Source: a virus. From it: a stretch of DNA of 64,000 bases. This document shows, piece by piece, positions 49,901-59,605 of the stretch. The notes below the pieces were generated by a model. It searched no databases, was not told where the DNA came from, and worked only from the letters and a program-made list of their open reading frames with translations. The first letter of the stretch is position 1. Every line of letters begins with the position of its first letter. The DNA lies in IMG/VR virus record IMGVR_UViG_3300009128_000002. One strand, given 5' to 3'. The position numbers and the translations under genes are program-made.

Positions 49901-50131
49901 ACTAGAAGAAAATATAGATTAAGAAAATGAAGACGGTCTTGCGAAGCAAGACCCGAAAACACGTAACGAAGTGAAGTGTTTTCGATTGGTGTAGTCGATG
50001 TAATTTTAAACTACATTAAGCTACTCCAGTGACCTGAAGTGTATCAAATGGTTCTTCAATCTACATATGGACACTTCGTGCCCATATGTGGGTTACTTCG
50101 TAACCCTGTCTTCATTTTATTTAATTCTAGT
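49901..50131. other. Symmetric multi-hairpin DNA element (candidate replication origin / ssDNA signal)
   Basis: Closing inverted repeat aaaatgaagac/gtcttcatttt enclosing two c-GAA-g hairpins, a central AT-loop stem and two c-TTC-g hairpins. Confidence 0.5.
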
Positions 50132-50138
50132 TACTTGC

Positions 50139-50167
50139 TAGACATATAGTCATTTCTATGTTATAAT
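50139..50167 (+). promoter_or_regulatory. Sigma70-type promoter of gp55
   Basis: TAGACA-17 nt-TATAAT with TG extension. Confidence 0.7.
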
Positions 50168-50202
50168 TAATCTATTAAAACTACATTAATAAAGGATATA
50201 CA

Positions 50203-50814
50203 GTGTCAAAAGAAATTAAAACACCAGTCGATAAGGATAATAAAAATCATTACATTAATAATAAGGATTTCTTAGCGGCTTTAATCGAATATCAAGCAGA
50301 TATTAAAGATAAAGAAGAAAGAGGTTTACCAAAACCTTATGTAACTGATTATATTGCTAGGTGTTTTCTTCAAATTGCTCAACGTCTTTCTTTTAGACCT
50401 AATTTTATTAACTACACTTATAAAGATGATATGATTAGTGATGGGTTAGAAAATTGTTTAGCATATATGCATAATTTCAATCCAGAAAAATCTGATAATC
50501 CTTTTGCATATTTTACACAAATTATTTACTATGCATTCCTTAGAAGAATTCAAAAAGAGAAAAAACAACAGTATGTGAAGTACAAGTATTTTGATACTGC
50601 AGGTGGTTTTGAGCAAATGGACGAATTACAAGAACACGACAAAGAATCATTTGACTTTATTAATGATAAAGGGTCTGTAGATTTTCATATTCACATTAAA
50701 GAATTTATTGACGATATGGAAAAGAAAGAAGCAGAGAAAAAAGCAAAAAGGGAAGCGAAGATTAAAGAAAAAGAAATGAAGCAAAATAATTTATCATTCT
50801 TTATGGGTGTGTAA
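50203..50814 (+). CDS. gp55: Late-transcription sigma factor gp55
   Basis: HYINNKDF, RPNFINYTY.DDMISDG.ENC, NPFAYFTQI.YYAFLRRI.KEKKQ; GTG start. Confidence 0.96.
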   Translation: MSKEIKTPVDKDNKNHYINNKDFLAALIEYQADIKDKEERGLPKPYVTDYIARCFLQIAQRLSFRPNFINYTYKDDMISDGLENCLAYMHNFNPEKSDNPFAYFTQIIYYAFLRRIQKEKKQQYVKYKYFDTAGGFEQMDELQEHDKESFDFINDKGSVDFHIHIKEFIDDMEKKEAEKKAKREAKIKEKEMKQNNLSFFMGV

Positions 50815-51861
50815 ATGAAAGTTGCTGTAATCACTGATACGCATTTCGGTGCAAGGTCTGACAGTAAAGCATTTTCTGACTATTTTTATAAGTTTTGGAC
50901 TAATACTTTCTTTCCATACTTAATTGAGAATGACATCAAAACAATCATTCATTGTGGTGATTTGATGGACAGACGTAAGTACGTAAATTTTGACACTCTT
51001 AACCGTATGCGTAAAGAGTTTATTAAACCAATGATTGACAATGGTATCACTATGCATACTATTGTTGGTAACCACGACACATATTATAAAAATACTGTTG
51101 AAGTTAATTCTGTAGAGCAGTTATTTGATATTGGTGATGATAAATTAAATCCTATTGTTGCATATTCAGAACCAAAAACATTAGAATTACCAGATGGTTT
51201 TAAGGTTGATATGATACCTTGGATTAATAATGATAATGAAGAAAAAGTTCTTGAATTTGTTAAAAATACTAATTCAACAATTGCTTGGGGACATTTTGAT
51301 TTAAGTGGTTTTGAAATGCACAAAGGTGTAAATTCAATGTATCACTCACGTTCCCCTAAATTCCTTAAAGGATATGATACAGTTTATTCTGGTCATTTTC
51401 ACACAAAATCTGATGACGGTCATGTATTTTATCTAGGTAACACATACGAAATTAATTGGAGTGATTATAACGACAATCGTGGTTTTCATATTTTTGATAC
51501 TGAAACGTTAGAATGTGACCAAATTGTAAATCCTTATAAATTACACGTCAAAGTTAATTATGATGAAGAAAAGAAAGACGAGCAATTAAATGATGATTAT
51601 GAAGGACAAATTGTAAAATTAATTGTAACAAGTAAAGGGGATTTTGCACATTTTAATTTATTAGTTGAAAAGATTGAACGTGAATCTGAAACATTAACAA
51701 TAGTTGAAGACCACGGTTTATTATCAACAGAACAAGTTGAGTTTGATACTGAAGATACTATTACTACATTGAACAAATATGTTGAGGGTATGAATATTGA
51801 TAATGAAGAACAAGTTAAGAAAATATTAAATGAAATATATGTAGAGGCAATTGCACTATGA
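50815..51861 (+). CDS. gp47: Recombination endonuclease subunit gp47 (Mre11/SbcD-like)
   Basis: DTHFG, GDLMD, GNHD, SGHFH. Confidence 0.95.
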   Translation: MKVAVITDTHFGARSDSKAFSDYFYKFWTNTFFPYLIENDIKTIIHCGDLMDRRKYVNFDTLNRMRKEFIKPMIDNGITMHTIVGNHDTYYKNTVEVNSVEQLFDIGDDKLNPIVAYSEPKTLELPDGFKVDMIPWINNDNEEKVLEFVKNTNSTIAWGHFDLSGFEMHKGVNSMYHSRSPKFLKGYDTVYSGHFHTKSDDGHVFYLGNTYEINWSDYNDNRGFHIFDTETLECDQIVNPYKLHVKVNYDEEKKDEQLNDDYEGQIVKLIVTSKGDFAHFNLLVEKIERESETLTIVEDHGLLSTEQVEFDTEDTITTLNKYVEGMNIDNEEQVKKILNEIYVEAIAL

Positions 51862-53531
51862 TACATTTTACTAATGTTAAGTGGAAGAATTTTCTTTCAA
51901 CAGGTAATAAGTTTTCTGAAATAATTTTAGATGATACTAAAACTACATTAATGATTGGTACTAATGGTGCAGGTAAATCTACTATGATGGATGCAATTAG
52001 TTTTGGTTTGTTTGGTAAACCATTTAGAAAAATTAAACTAGGTCAGTTGGTTAATTCTATTAATAGAAAAAACTGTATGGTTGAGTTGGACTTTAAGACA
52101 GGTGGTAAAGAATATAAAATTAAACGTGGTCTAAAACCTGCAAAGTTCGAAATATACGTAGATGGTGTTATGCAAGACCAAGATGCGGCCGCTAAAGACA
52201 GTCAAGAATTCCTTGAAAGATATGTATTAAAGATGAATGAAAAATCATTCAGACAAATTGTTGTATTGGGTAGTGGTTCATTTGTTCCTTTTATGAGATT
52301 AAAGGCTGGTGAAAGACGTTCTATTATTGAAGAATTGTTAGATATTCAAATCTTTGGTGTTATGAATGATTTGGTTAAAGAACGTGTTTCAGAAAATAAA
52401 AACGATTTAAAAGACATTACACATAAAATAGAATTATTACACCAACATATTGAGTTGCAAGAGGAACATTTACATAAGTTAAATGAAGATAAGCATATTT
52501 TAATTGATAAGAAAAAGGTGTTTATTGATACGTGTAATGAAGATATTGTTAAATTGGAAAATGAAATAACTGAGTTAAAGGTTGCAACAAGTAATTTTGA
52601 AAAGGTTAAACGTGATAAGAATTCATTTAATAATTTTCAAACCACATTTAATAATAAAATAGAAACAATTAATAAACAACTTAGACTTATTATTACAAAC
52701 TCATCTTGTCCTGCTTGTGGTCAGGAAATTGATAAAAACCATATGGATGAAATGGGTGAAAGTTTAACTACTAAACGTGAGGGTATTGAAAAGGGGTTAG
52801 AAGAAGTTACTGCAAAGTTAACAGAAACCACAAAAACATTAGATCAAATACAGACGGATTTACAAAGTATTGTTAATAAACAAAACCAAATAACAAATCT
52901 TAATGATACTTGTACACGTGTAAATAATGAAATTTCTGAAACATTAAATGAAGTTGTTGAGGTGGTTGATAATAAAGACCTACAGGAAAAGAAAGTTGAA
53001 ATAGATCAACACCACGATACAAAATATGAATTGCAAGAGGAAAAACACGATTTAAATACTGTGCAAGAATTATTGAAGGATAGTGGTATTAAAACTGTTG
53101 TTATTAAAAACTATTTACCACTAATTAATCAATTAATTAATAAGTACCTATCTTCGCTTAATTTTTATATTAACTTTAATCTTGATGAAAATTTCAATGA
53201 AACTATTAAATCACGTGGACGTGATGAATTTGCATATGGTTCATTTTCTGAAGGTGAAAAGTTAAGAATTGACCTTGCATTGTTATTTACTTGGAGGGAA
53301 ATTGCCAAGTTGAAATCTTCAGTATCTACAAACCTTTTAATACTTGATGAAATTTTCGATAGTTCTTTAGATAACACTGGTATTGAAGATTTTCTTGGTA
53401 TCTTAAATGCACTTGGTAGCGAGGTTAATGCATTTGTTATATCACACAAAGGACAACAGATTATAGACAAGTTTGGTAGGGTGATAAAAATAACAAAAGA
53501 CAAGAATTTTAGTAAAATTTCTGATAATTAA
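51858..53531 (+). CDS. gp46: Recombination ATPase subunit gp46 (Rad50/SbcC-like)
   Basis: GTNGAGKS, CPAC zinc hook, FSEGEK, LDEIFD. Confidence 0.96.
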   Translation: MIHFTNVKWKNFLSTGNKFSEIILDDTKTTLMIGTNGAGKSTMMDAISFGLFGKPFRKIKLGQLVNSINRKNCMVELDFKTGGKEYKIKRGLKPAKFEIYVDGVMQDQDAAAKDSQEFLERYVLKMNEKSFRQIVVLGSGSFVPFMRLKAGERRSIIEELLDIQIFGVMNDLVKERVSENKNDLKDITHKIELLHQHIELQEEHLHKLNEDKHILIDKKKVFIDTCNEDIVKLENEITELKVATSNFEKVKRDKNSFNNFQTTFNNKIETINKQLRLIITNSSCPACGQEIDKNHMDEMGESLTTKREGIEKGLEEVTAKLTETTKTLDQIQTDLQSIVNKQNQITNLNDTCTRVNNEISETLNEVVEVVDNKDLQEKKVEIDQHHDTKYELQEEKHDLNTVQELLKDSGIKTVVIKNYLPLINQLINKYLSSLNFYINFNLDENFNETIKSRGRDEFAYGSFSEGEKLRIDLALLFTWREIAKLKSSVSTNLLILDEIFDSSLDNTGIEDFLGILNALGSEVNAFVISHKGQQIIDKFGRVIKITKDKNFSKISDN

Positions 53532-53598
53532 TTCACACTTTTCATATATTTCTTTAATAATCAATAACTTACATTAGAAATTAAATTCTAAAAAACCC

Positions 53599-53642
53599 TC
53601 GACAAGGGGGCGAATTAGTGTATAATGATCAGTGTTGGTTCG
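53599..53642 (+). promoter_or_regulatory. Sigma70-type promoter with a conserved 25-nt -10/leader block, copy 1
   Basis: TCGACA-16 nt-TATAAT; gtgtataatgatcagtgttggttcg at 53618-53642. Confidence 0.7.
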
Positions 53643-53657
53643 GATTAAAGGAGAAAT

Positions 53658-55901
53658 ATGACAAATAAAGTAAATATTGAAGCGAAAAACACTCTTGCTC
53701 GTCTAATGGCGACAGAGAACATTACGGTTCAACACAAAAAGGTACAAACTGCCTCTTTTGATGTTAAGAACCGTGTCTTGAATCTTCCAATTTGGGAAGA
53801 TATGTCAAACGTATTATATGAAGGGTTGATTGGACACGAAGTTGGTCACGCTCTTTACACACCATTTGAAGAATGGAAAGAATTCGTTAAAGAAAACCCA
53901 AACCTTAAAGATTATGCTAACGTCATTGAGGACGCTCGAATTGAACGTCTTATGAAAGTGAAATATGCAGGTATGAATAAAACATTCTTTGGGATGTATG
54001 ATGAATTAAATATGAAGGATTTCTTTGGACTCCGTGGACGTGATATGGATGAATTTGGTATCCTTGATCGTATTAACCTACGTTTTAAGTTGGGTTCACG
54101 TGCCGAAGTTACTTTTACTGAGGAAGAAGCCCGTATTGTTGATAAAGTTGCTTCTACTAAAACCTTCCAAGATGTGTTGGATTTAACACTTGAACTTGCT
54201 GAATATGCCAAAAATGAGGAACTAAACACTGACTTTGATAATATGGAGTTTTCTGACAGTGATGAAGACTTTGACATTGATGATTTTGAGGAAAGTGATG
54301 GTGGTTCTAATGCTTCTCCACGTCCTTCACCTAAAGATAATAATGAAGATGGTGAAGGTGGTGCCGGTGATGAAGAAGATGAAGACGGTGAAGATGGTGA
54401 AGATGGTAAAAGTGGTTCAGGTAATGACAGTGATGAAGACGGTGAAGATGGTAATGGTGATGGTAGTGGAAAAACTGACCAACCACCTGCTTCAGAAACA
54501 CAAAAAAACTTTGATGACCGTTTGGGTGAAATGAATGATGAAAATGCTTCAAACCCAATCTATGTTGATTTGCCTAACATTGATTTAAAAAACACTGTTA
54601 TTGGTTATAAAAATGTTGGGAGTGTTTTGAATGAGTTTTATGGACGTTCAGTTAATTATGACTATTGGGGTGACAACGGTGAAATCTTTAAAAAGAAAAC
54701 CGACGATCAAATTGTTGCTTGGAAAAAGGATACTTTGCCTGTTGTAAATTATATGGTTAAAGAATTTGAAATGAAACAGGCCGCTACTGCCCATCGTCGC
54801 ACTTCTGTTGGTAAGACTGGTGTTCTTGATACTAACAAAATGCACGCCTACAAATATGAAGAGGATATTTTCAAAAGGGTTGCTACTGTAAAAGATGGTA
54901 GAAACCACGCTTTGGTTATGTACGTTGATTGGTCGGGTTCAATGGCAGACAAAATATTAGGTACTGTAAAACAAACAATTACCTTGGCGATGTTTGCACG
55001 AAAAGTTGGTATTCCGTTCCGTGTTTATGCTTTCACTAACTCTAGTGGTATTGGTGATTATAAGCCAAATAAAACACGTTTTTACCAAACTGAAGACAAC
55101 GGTAATTTTGCTTTTGATCACCTAGAGTTGGGACGTATGACTTTGGTTGAGTTTTTCAATGAAAAGATGAATGCACGTGAGTTTAATGATGGAATTATTA
55201 ACTTCTATAAACTTGGTCTTTCTGTTAGTTATTCAAGATATGATTCAATTCAAACACCTATTGGTTTTGGACTTGCTTCGACACCATTAAACGAGTGTAT
55301 TATTGCTTCATATGAACAAGTTGAAAATTTCAAACGTGAATGTGGAAAAGAAAAGGTTAATGTTATTTTCCTAACTGATGGTGATTCTGATGGAAATGAT
55401 AGATACTACAGTGTTGATGAAACGTGTACTAAATATCCAACTAGATGGGGTGAAGGAAGATCACACCTTGCAATCCGTGACCCAAAAACAAAGAAAATTG
55501 TTTCTGCTGTTACTGATGAATATAATAGGAATGGTATGACACAATCGTTACTAACTGCATTGGGTGAACGTTGTAAGGTTAATGTGATTGGTTTCTTTTT
55601 GACTGATAAACGTACTATTAAATATGCAATTGAGCGTAATTTTAAATGGGAAGAGGGTGCCGTTGTTAAGAAAAAACTAACCAAAAATGGTTATGTTTCT
55701 ATGGCTTCTGAAGGTTATGATAAATACTTTATGGTTAATGATAGAGTTATGGATAAAGAAGTTGAAATGCCTGATGAAGTTGCTCGTAAAGATGATGGTT
55801 CTGTTAATAAAGGAAAATTGAGAACTGCATTTAAAAAGTTTTCAAAAGGACGTAAGGTTAACAAGATGTTGTTGAATGAATTTGTTCAAATGGTTGCCTA
55901 A
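53658..55901 (+). CDS. CobT-like protein: N-terminal HExxH metallopeptidase-like domain, acidic linker, vWA domain
   Basis: GHEVGHALYT, NVIEDARIE, DWSGSM MIDAS, LTDG. Confidence 0.85.
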   Translation: MTNKVNIEAKNTLARLMATENITVQHKKVQTASFDVKNRVLNLPIWEDMSNVLYEGLIGHEVGHALYTPFEEWKEFVKENPNLKDYANVIEDARIERLMKVKYAGMNKTFFGMYDELNMKDFFGLRGRDMDEFGILDRINLRFKLGSRAEVTFTEEEARIVDKVASTKTFQDVLDLTLELAEYAKNEELNTDFDNMEFSDSDEDFDIDDFEESDGGSNASPRPSPKDNNEDGEGGAGDEEDEDGEDGEDGKSGSGNDSDEDGEDGNGDGSGKTDQPPASETQKNFDDRLGEMNDENASNPIYVDLPNIDLKNTVIGYKNVGSVLNEFYGRSVNYDYWGDNGEIFKKKTDDQIVAWKKDTLPVVNYMVKEFEMKQAATAHRRTSVGKTGVLDTNKMHAYKYEEDIFKRVATVKDGRNHALVMYVDWSGSMADKILGTVKQTITLAMFARKVGIPFRVYAFTNSSGIGDYKPNKTRFYQTEDNGNFAFDHLELGRMTLVEFFNEKMNAREFNDGIINFYKLGLSVSYSRYDSIQTPIGFGLASTPLNECIIASYEQVENFKRECGKEKVNVIFLTDGDSDGNDRYYSVDETCTKYPTRWGEGRSHLAIRDPKTKKIVSAVTDEYNRNGMTQSLLTALGERCKVNVIGFFLTDKRTIKYAIERNFKWEEGAVVKKKLTKNGYVSMASEGYDKYFMVNDRVMDKEVEMPDEVARKDDGSVNKGKLRTAFKKFSKGRKVNKMLLNEFVQMVA

Positions 55902-55941
55902 TAACCATTTGAATAATGTGGAAATAAATGTGAAAAAATGC

Positions 55942-55985
55942 TGGACATGATACTAAATTCGTGTATAATGATCAGTGTTGGTTCG
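55942..55985 (+). promoter_or_regulatory. Sigma70-type promoter with a conserved 25-nt -10/leader block, copy 2
   Basis: TGGACA-16 nt-TATAAT; identical 25-mer at 55961-55985. Confidence 0.7.
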
Positions 55986-56022
55986 AGGAAGTTCCAACTA
56001 ATTAAATAAAAAAGGAGTAAAT

Positions 56023-57213
56023 ATGAGTAAAATTGTTAATATTAATGACTTTGGTGCCGCTGCTGAAGAGTTGTTCGGTACTACTGAGATTACGAAAGGA
56101 CAAGCCAAGGTTATTAAATCGACCTATGATGTTTGTGTTCCACAAGTAGTTTTTGATGGTTCAACTAACCGTGTTGCCCGTGGTGTTTATAAAATTCCAA
56201 CCACTGGTGCTGGTATTGCCCCACCTAAAGTTGTTCAAGAGGTTGCAAAGACTGTTGTTAATGAAACCGTTGCTGAGAAAAAAGTTGGTACGACTGGTGC
56301 GATGGAACTTGATGCGTCAATTAGTTTTATCCCTAAAGTTGATAAGACATATGTTTCTTGGGGTAATGCGAATGACATTAAGAAAATTATTAAATCTAAA
56401 TTGTTTTTTCCTGTTTACCTGACTGGTATGTCTGGAAACGGTAAAACGTTTGGAATTGAACAAACTTGTGCGTCACTTGGACGTGAAATGATTCGAGTGA
56501 ACTTTACTGCTGAAACGGATGAAGATGATTTGTTTGGTGGTTTCCGACTTGTGAATGGTGAAACTGTGTTCCAATACGGGCCAGTTGTTGAAGCAATGAA
56601 ACGTGGTGCTGTTCTTTTGCTTGACGAAATTGACCTTGCGTCTTCTAAAGTTATGGCACTTCAATCAGTCCTTGAAGGAAAGGGTTATTTTATTAAGAAA
56701 CGTGGTGAGTGGGTTGAGCCCGCTGATGGTTTCACGGTGATTGCTACTGCGAATACTAAAGGTAAAGGTTCTGATGATGGACGTTTTGTTGGTACTAACG
56801 TTCTGAATGAAGCATTCCTTGACCGTTTTTCAATTACTTTATACCAGGCATACCCTTCCGAAGCAATTGAGAAAAAGATTCTTACCAAAGCCGCTGAAGG
56901 ATTTGGGTTGCGTTCTGCCGAAGTTGATGCGTTTATTCCGAACCTTACAATGTGGGGCGACATTATTCGTAAGACTTTTGAAGACGGTGGTGTTGATGAA
57001 ATTATTTCAACTCGCCGACTGGTTGATATTCTAAAGTCTTATTCAATCTTCGGAAATAAAGAAAAAGCAATTAAGATGTCTATTGAACGTTTTGATGACG
57101 AAACTAAAGAATCATTCCTTTCTCTTTATGAAAAGATTGATGCTGGTGTTGGTACGAGTGAGTATGGTACTGAAACTACGTTTGAGGATGTTGAAGATTA
57201 CAAAACTGCTTAA
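56023..57213 (+). CDS. CobS-like MoxR AAA+ ATPase
   Basis: GMSGNGKT, LLLDEID, TANTKGKGS.DGRF, NEAFLDRF, ISTRRL. Confidence 0.9.
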   Translation: MSKIVNINDFGAAAEELFGTTEITKGQAKVIKSTYDVCVPQVVFDGSTNRVARGVYKIPTTGAGIAPPKVVQEVAKTVVNETVAEKKVGTTGAMELDASISFIPKVDKTYVSWGNANDIKKIIKSKLFFPVYLTGMSGNGKTFGIEQTCASLGREMIRVNFTAETDEDDLFGGFRLVNGETVFQYGPVVEAMKRGAVLLLDEIDLASSKVMALQSVLEGKGYFIKKRGEWVEPADGFTVIATANTKGKGSDDGRFVGTNVLNEAFLDRFSITLYQAYPSEAIEKKILTKAAEGFGLRSAEVDAFIPNLTMWGDIIRKTFEDGGVDEIISTRRLVDILKSYSIFGNKEKAIKMSIERFDDETKESFLSLYEKIDAGVGTSEYGTETTFEDVEDYKTA

Positions 57214-57231
57214 ATAATAAACACTAAATAA

Positions 57232-57255
57232 AACACCTCGATAATTCGGGGTGTT
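57232..57255 (+). terminator. Hairpin/terminator after the CobS-like gene
   Basis: aacacctcga-taat-tcggggtgtt. Confidence 0.55.
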
Positions 57256-57282
57256 GTTACAATTAAAATATAGGAGAAAAAT

Positions 57283-57645
57283 ATGAGTTGTGATATGGAA
57301 TATGATGAGTTGCACGATGCATACCATCAATTATTGGAAAGAGAATCATTTAATTTTAAATATGGTGAAGGTAGGGTGCTAGACGACGTAGACGATTACA
57401 TCAGAGGGACATATACATCACACTATACAAACGAAGACAACGACGTTCAGACGTTGGATGTGTTTGAATCGAGGGGAACACTAGGTACTACCTCTGTTGA
57501 TAATGCAATTAAATACCTAATGAGGTATGGGAAAAAGAAGGGTAAAAATAAAATGGATTTGATTAAATCCATTCATTACCTTATTCTTGCTACTGCATTT
57601 GATGAGAAAAATGGTGAGTTTGATTCGGATACAATTTTTGAGTAA
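57283..57645 (+). CDS. DUF3310-like (T7 gp1.7-like nucleotide kinase family) protein
   Basis: YI..TY..HY, NAIKYL.RYGKK.G, DL.K.IHY. Confidence 0.65.
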   Translation: MSCDMEYDELHDAYHQLLERESFNFKYGEGRVLDDVDDYIRGTYTSHYTNEDNDVQTLDVFESRGTLGTTSVDNAIKYLMRYGKKKGKNKMDLIKSIHYLILATAFDEKNGEFDSDTIFE

Positions 57646-57647
57646 AC

Positions 57648-57676
57648 TTGCAATTGGGTATTTTGTGTGTTATAAT
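57648..57676 (+). promoter_or_regulatory. Sigma70-type promoter of gp45
   Basis: TTGCAA-17 nt-TATAAT with TG extension. Confidence 0.7.
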
Positions 57677-57707
57677 ATACCTAACAATTATTATAAAGGA
57701 AATATAA

Positions 57708-58367
57708 ATGAAATTAAGTGAAAATACAATTGGGGTTCTAAAGAACTTCGCTACCATTAACCAATCAATTCTAATTAAGGATGGTTCTACTATTGATACA
57801 ATGAGCGTTCAAAAGAACGTCCTTGCACAAAGTAAAGTTGAGGAAGACTTTCCTAATGAATTTGGTATTTATGATTTAAACGAATTCCTTGCTACATTAT
57901 CATTGTTTGAAGCACCCGAATTGGAATTTGGTGATAATTCGGTTACAATTACCGATGGTAAATCTACAACCTCTTATTGGTATGCAGATAAATCAATTAT
58001 TGTATATCCAGAAAAGGAAATTACAATGCCTGCTACTGAAATTAAATTCACACTGACTGAAAGTAATTTGTCCAAACTACAACGTGCAACTGGTACTTTA
58101 GGTTTGAGTGATTTGTGTATTAAGAATGTTGATGATAAGATTGTTGCAGAAGTACAGGATAAACGTAATAGTACATCTAATACATATTCAATTGAAGTTG
58201 GTGATTATGATGGTGCTGAAAATTTCAACTTTTATTTCCTAACAGAACGTATGAAGATGTTACCGAATGATTATGAGGTTGAAATTTCATCTAAGAACAT
58301 TTCTAAGTTTACTTGTGGTGATTTAGTTTATTGGGTTGCATTGGAGAGTGATTCTACATATGGATAA
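57708..58367 (+). CDS. gp45: DNA polymerase sliding clamp gp45
   Basis: MKLSENT..VLKNFATINQSI, FGIYDLNEFL, YWVALE. Confidence 0.95.
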   Translation: MKLSENTIGVLKNFATINQSILIKDGSTIDTMSVQKNVLAQSKVEEDFPNEFGIYDLNEFLATLSLFEAPELEFGDNSVTITDGKSTTSYWYADKSIIVYPEKEITMPATEIKFTLTESNLSKLQRATGTLGLSDLCIKNVDDKIVAEVQDKRNSTSNTYSIEVGDYDGAENFNFYFLTERMKMLPNDYEVEISSKNISKFTCGDLVYWVALESDSTYG

Positions 58368-59307
58368 ACAAGATGAATTCTTATGGGTGGAGAAATATCG
58401 CCCACAAAAAATTGATGATTGTATATTACCAGATGATATAAAATCAACGTTCAAGGAATTTGTTGAAAATGGTGACATGCCTAATTTGTTATTATCTGGT
58501 ACTGCAGGAACAGGTAAAACTACTGTTGCTAAGGCACTATGTAACGAATTAGGATATACGTCACTTGTTGTTAATGGTTCACTTGATCGTAACCTCGATA
58601 CATTAAGAAACGAGATTGCATCATTTGCCAGTACGGTATCGTTTGATGGTGGTAAAAAGTGCATCATACTTGATGAAGCAGACTATCTAAATCCAAACTC
58701 ATTCCAACCTGCTCTACGTGGGTTTATTGAGCAATTTAGTAAAAACGTCCGTTTCATTTTAACGTGTAACTTCAAAGATAAAATCATTGAACCAATTCAT
58801 TCTAGAACTACATTCATTGATTTCCGTAGCACTAAAAAAGAAATGCCTGAAATGATGGGTAGTTTAATGAAACGAATTCTTTCTATTTTAGAAGAAGAAA
58901 ATGTTGAAGTTTCTAGTCCTAAAGTGGTTGCCGAGGTAATTAAAAAACATTACCCAGATATACGTAGAATTTTAAATGAACTTCAACGTTATTCTGCAGG
59001 TGGTATTATTGATGAAGGTATTCTTGCTAACGTTGGTGAAACTAATGTAAAACGGTTGATGAAGAACCTTAAAGAAAAGGATTTTGGATCAATGCGACAG
59101 TGGGTAGTGGAAAATATCGATACAGACCCTGTCCGTATTTTTAGAACCATTTATGATAATATGTATGATTATTTAGAACCATCATCAATACCTCAAGTTG
59201 TATTGTTAATTGGTGAGTATCAATATAAACAGGCGTTTGTCGCAGATAGGGAAATTAATTTAGTTGCCTTTTTAACAGAAGTAATGGTAGAAGCGGAGTG
59301 GAAATAA
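58360..59307 (+). CDS. gp44: Clamp loader large subunit gp44
   Basis: LWVEKYRP, GTAGTGKTT, ILDEAD, PIHSR; ATG at 58360. Confidence 0.96.
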   Translation: MDKQDEFLWVEKYRPQKIDDCILPDDIKSTFKEFVENGDMPNLLLSGTAGTGKTTVAKALCNELGYTSLVVNGSLDRNLDTLRNEIASFASTVSFDGGKKCIILDEADYLNPNSFQPALRGFIEQFSKNVRFILTCNFKDKIIEPIHSRTTFIDFRSTKKEMPEMMGSLMKRILSILEEENVEVSSPKVVAEVIKKHYPDIRRILNELQRYSAGGIIDEGILANVGETNVKRLMKNLKEKDFGSMRQWVVENIDTDPVRIFRTIYDNMYDYLEPSSIPQVVLLIGEYQYKQAFVADREINLVAFLTEVMVEAEWK

Positions 59308-59603
59308 TGAGCAATAAAAATATGCATATTGATAAATGGTTTAATGATAGGGGTATTACTGAAAATGGTAAACCTATGACACAAGCAATTAAAACATTGG
59401 AAGAACTTACAGAACTATTTGATGCTTTGAATAAAGATAATAAACACGAAGTGATGGATGCAATTGGTGATATTTACGTAACATTAAGGGGTGTTTGTTT
59501 AACTTATGGTGTTCGTATGGATGATTGCATTGACCAAGCATATAATGAAATCAAAGATCGTAAGGGGTATTTAACACCAGAAGGTATGTTTGTTAAGGAG
59601 TAA
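59307..59603 (+). CDS. MazG-like nucleotide pyrophosphohydrolase
   Basis: KTLEELTEL, DAIGD..VTL, AYNEIKDRKG. Confidence 0.85.
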   Translation: MSNKNMHIDKWFNDRGITENGKPMTQAIKTLEELTELFDALNKDNKHEVMDAIGDIYVTLRGVCLTYGVRMDDCIDQAYNEIKDRKGYLTPEGMFVKE

Positions 59604-59605
59604 AT

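Noticed and set aside
50063-50106. UUCG RNA tetraloops
   Set aside because: Loops are a-c-TTC-g-t, not c(UUCG)g; they fit c-GAA-g DNA triloops on the minus strand better
54300-54480. gaagatggtgaagac low-complexity repeats
   Set aside because: Encode the usual acidic D/E/G linker of CobT-like proteins
53658-57213. Cobalamin biosynthesis auxiliary genes (cobT/cobS)
   Set aside because: No cobN or other cob genes; this vWA-MoxR pair is a common T4-like module in the replication block
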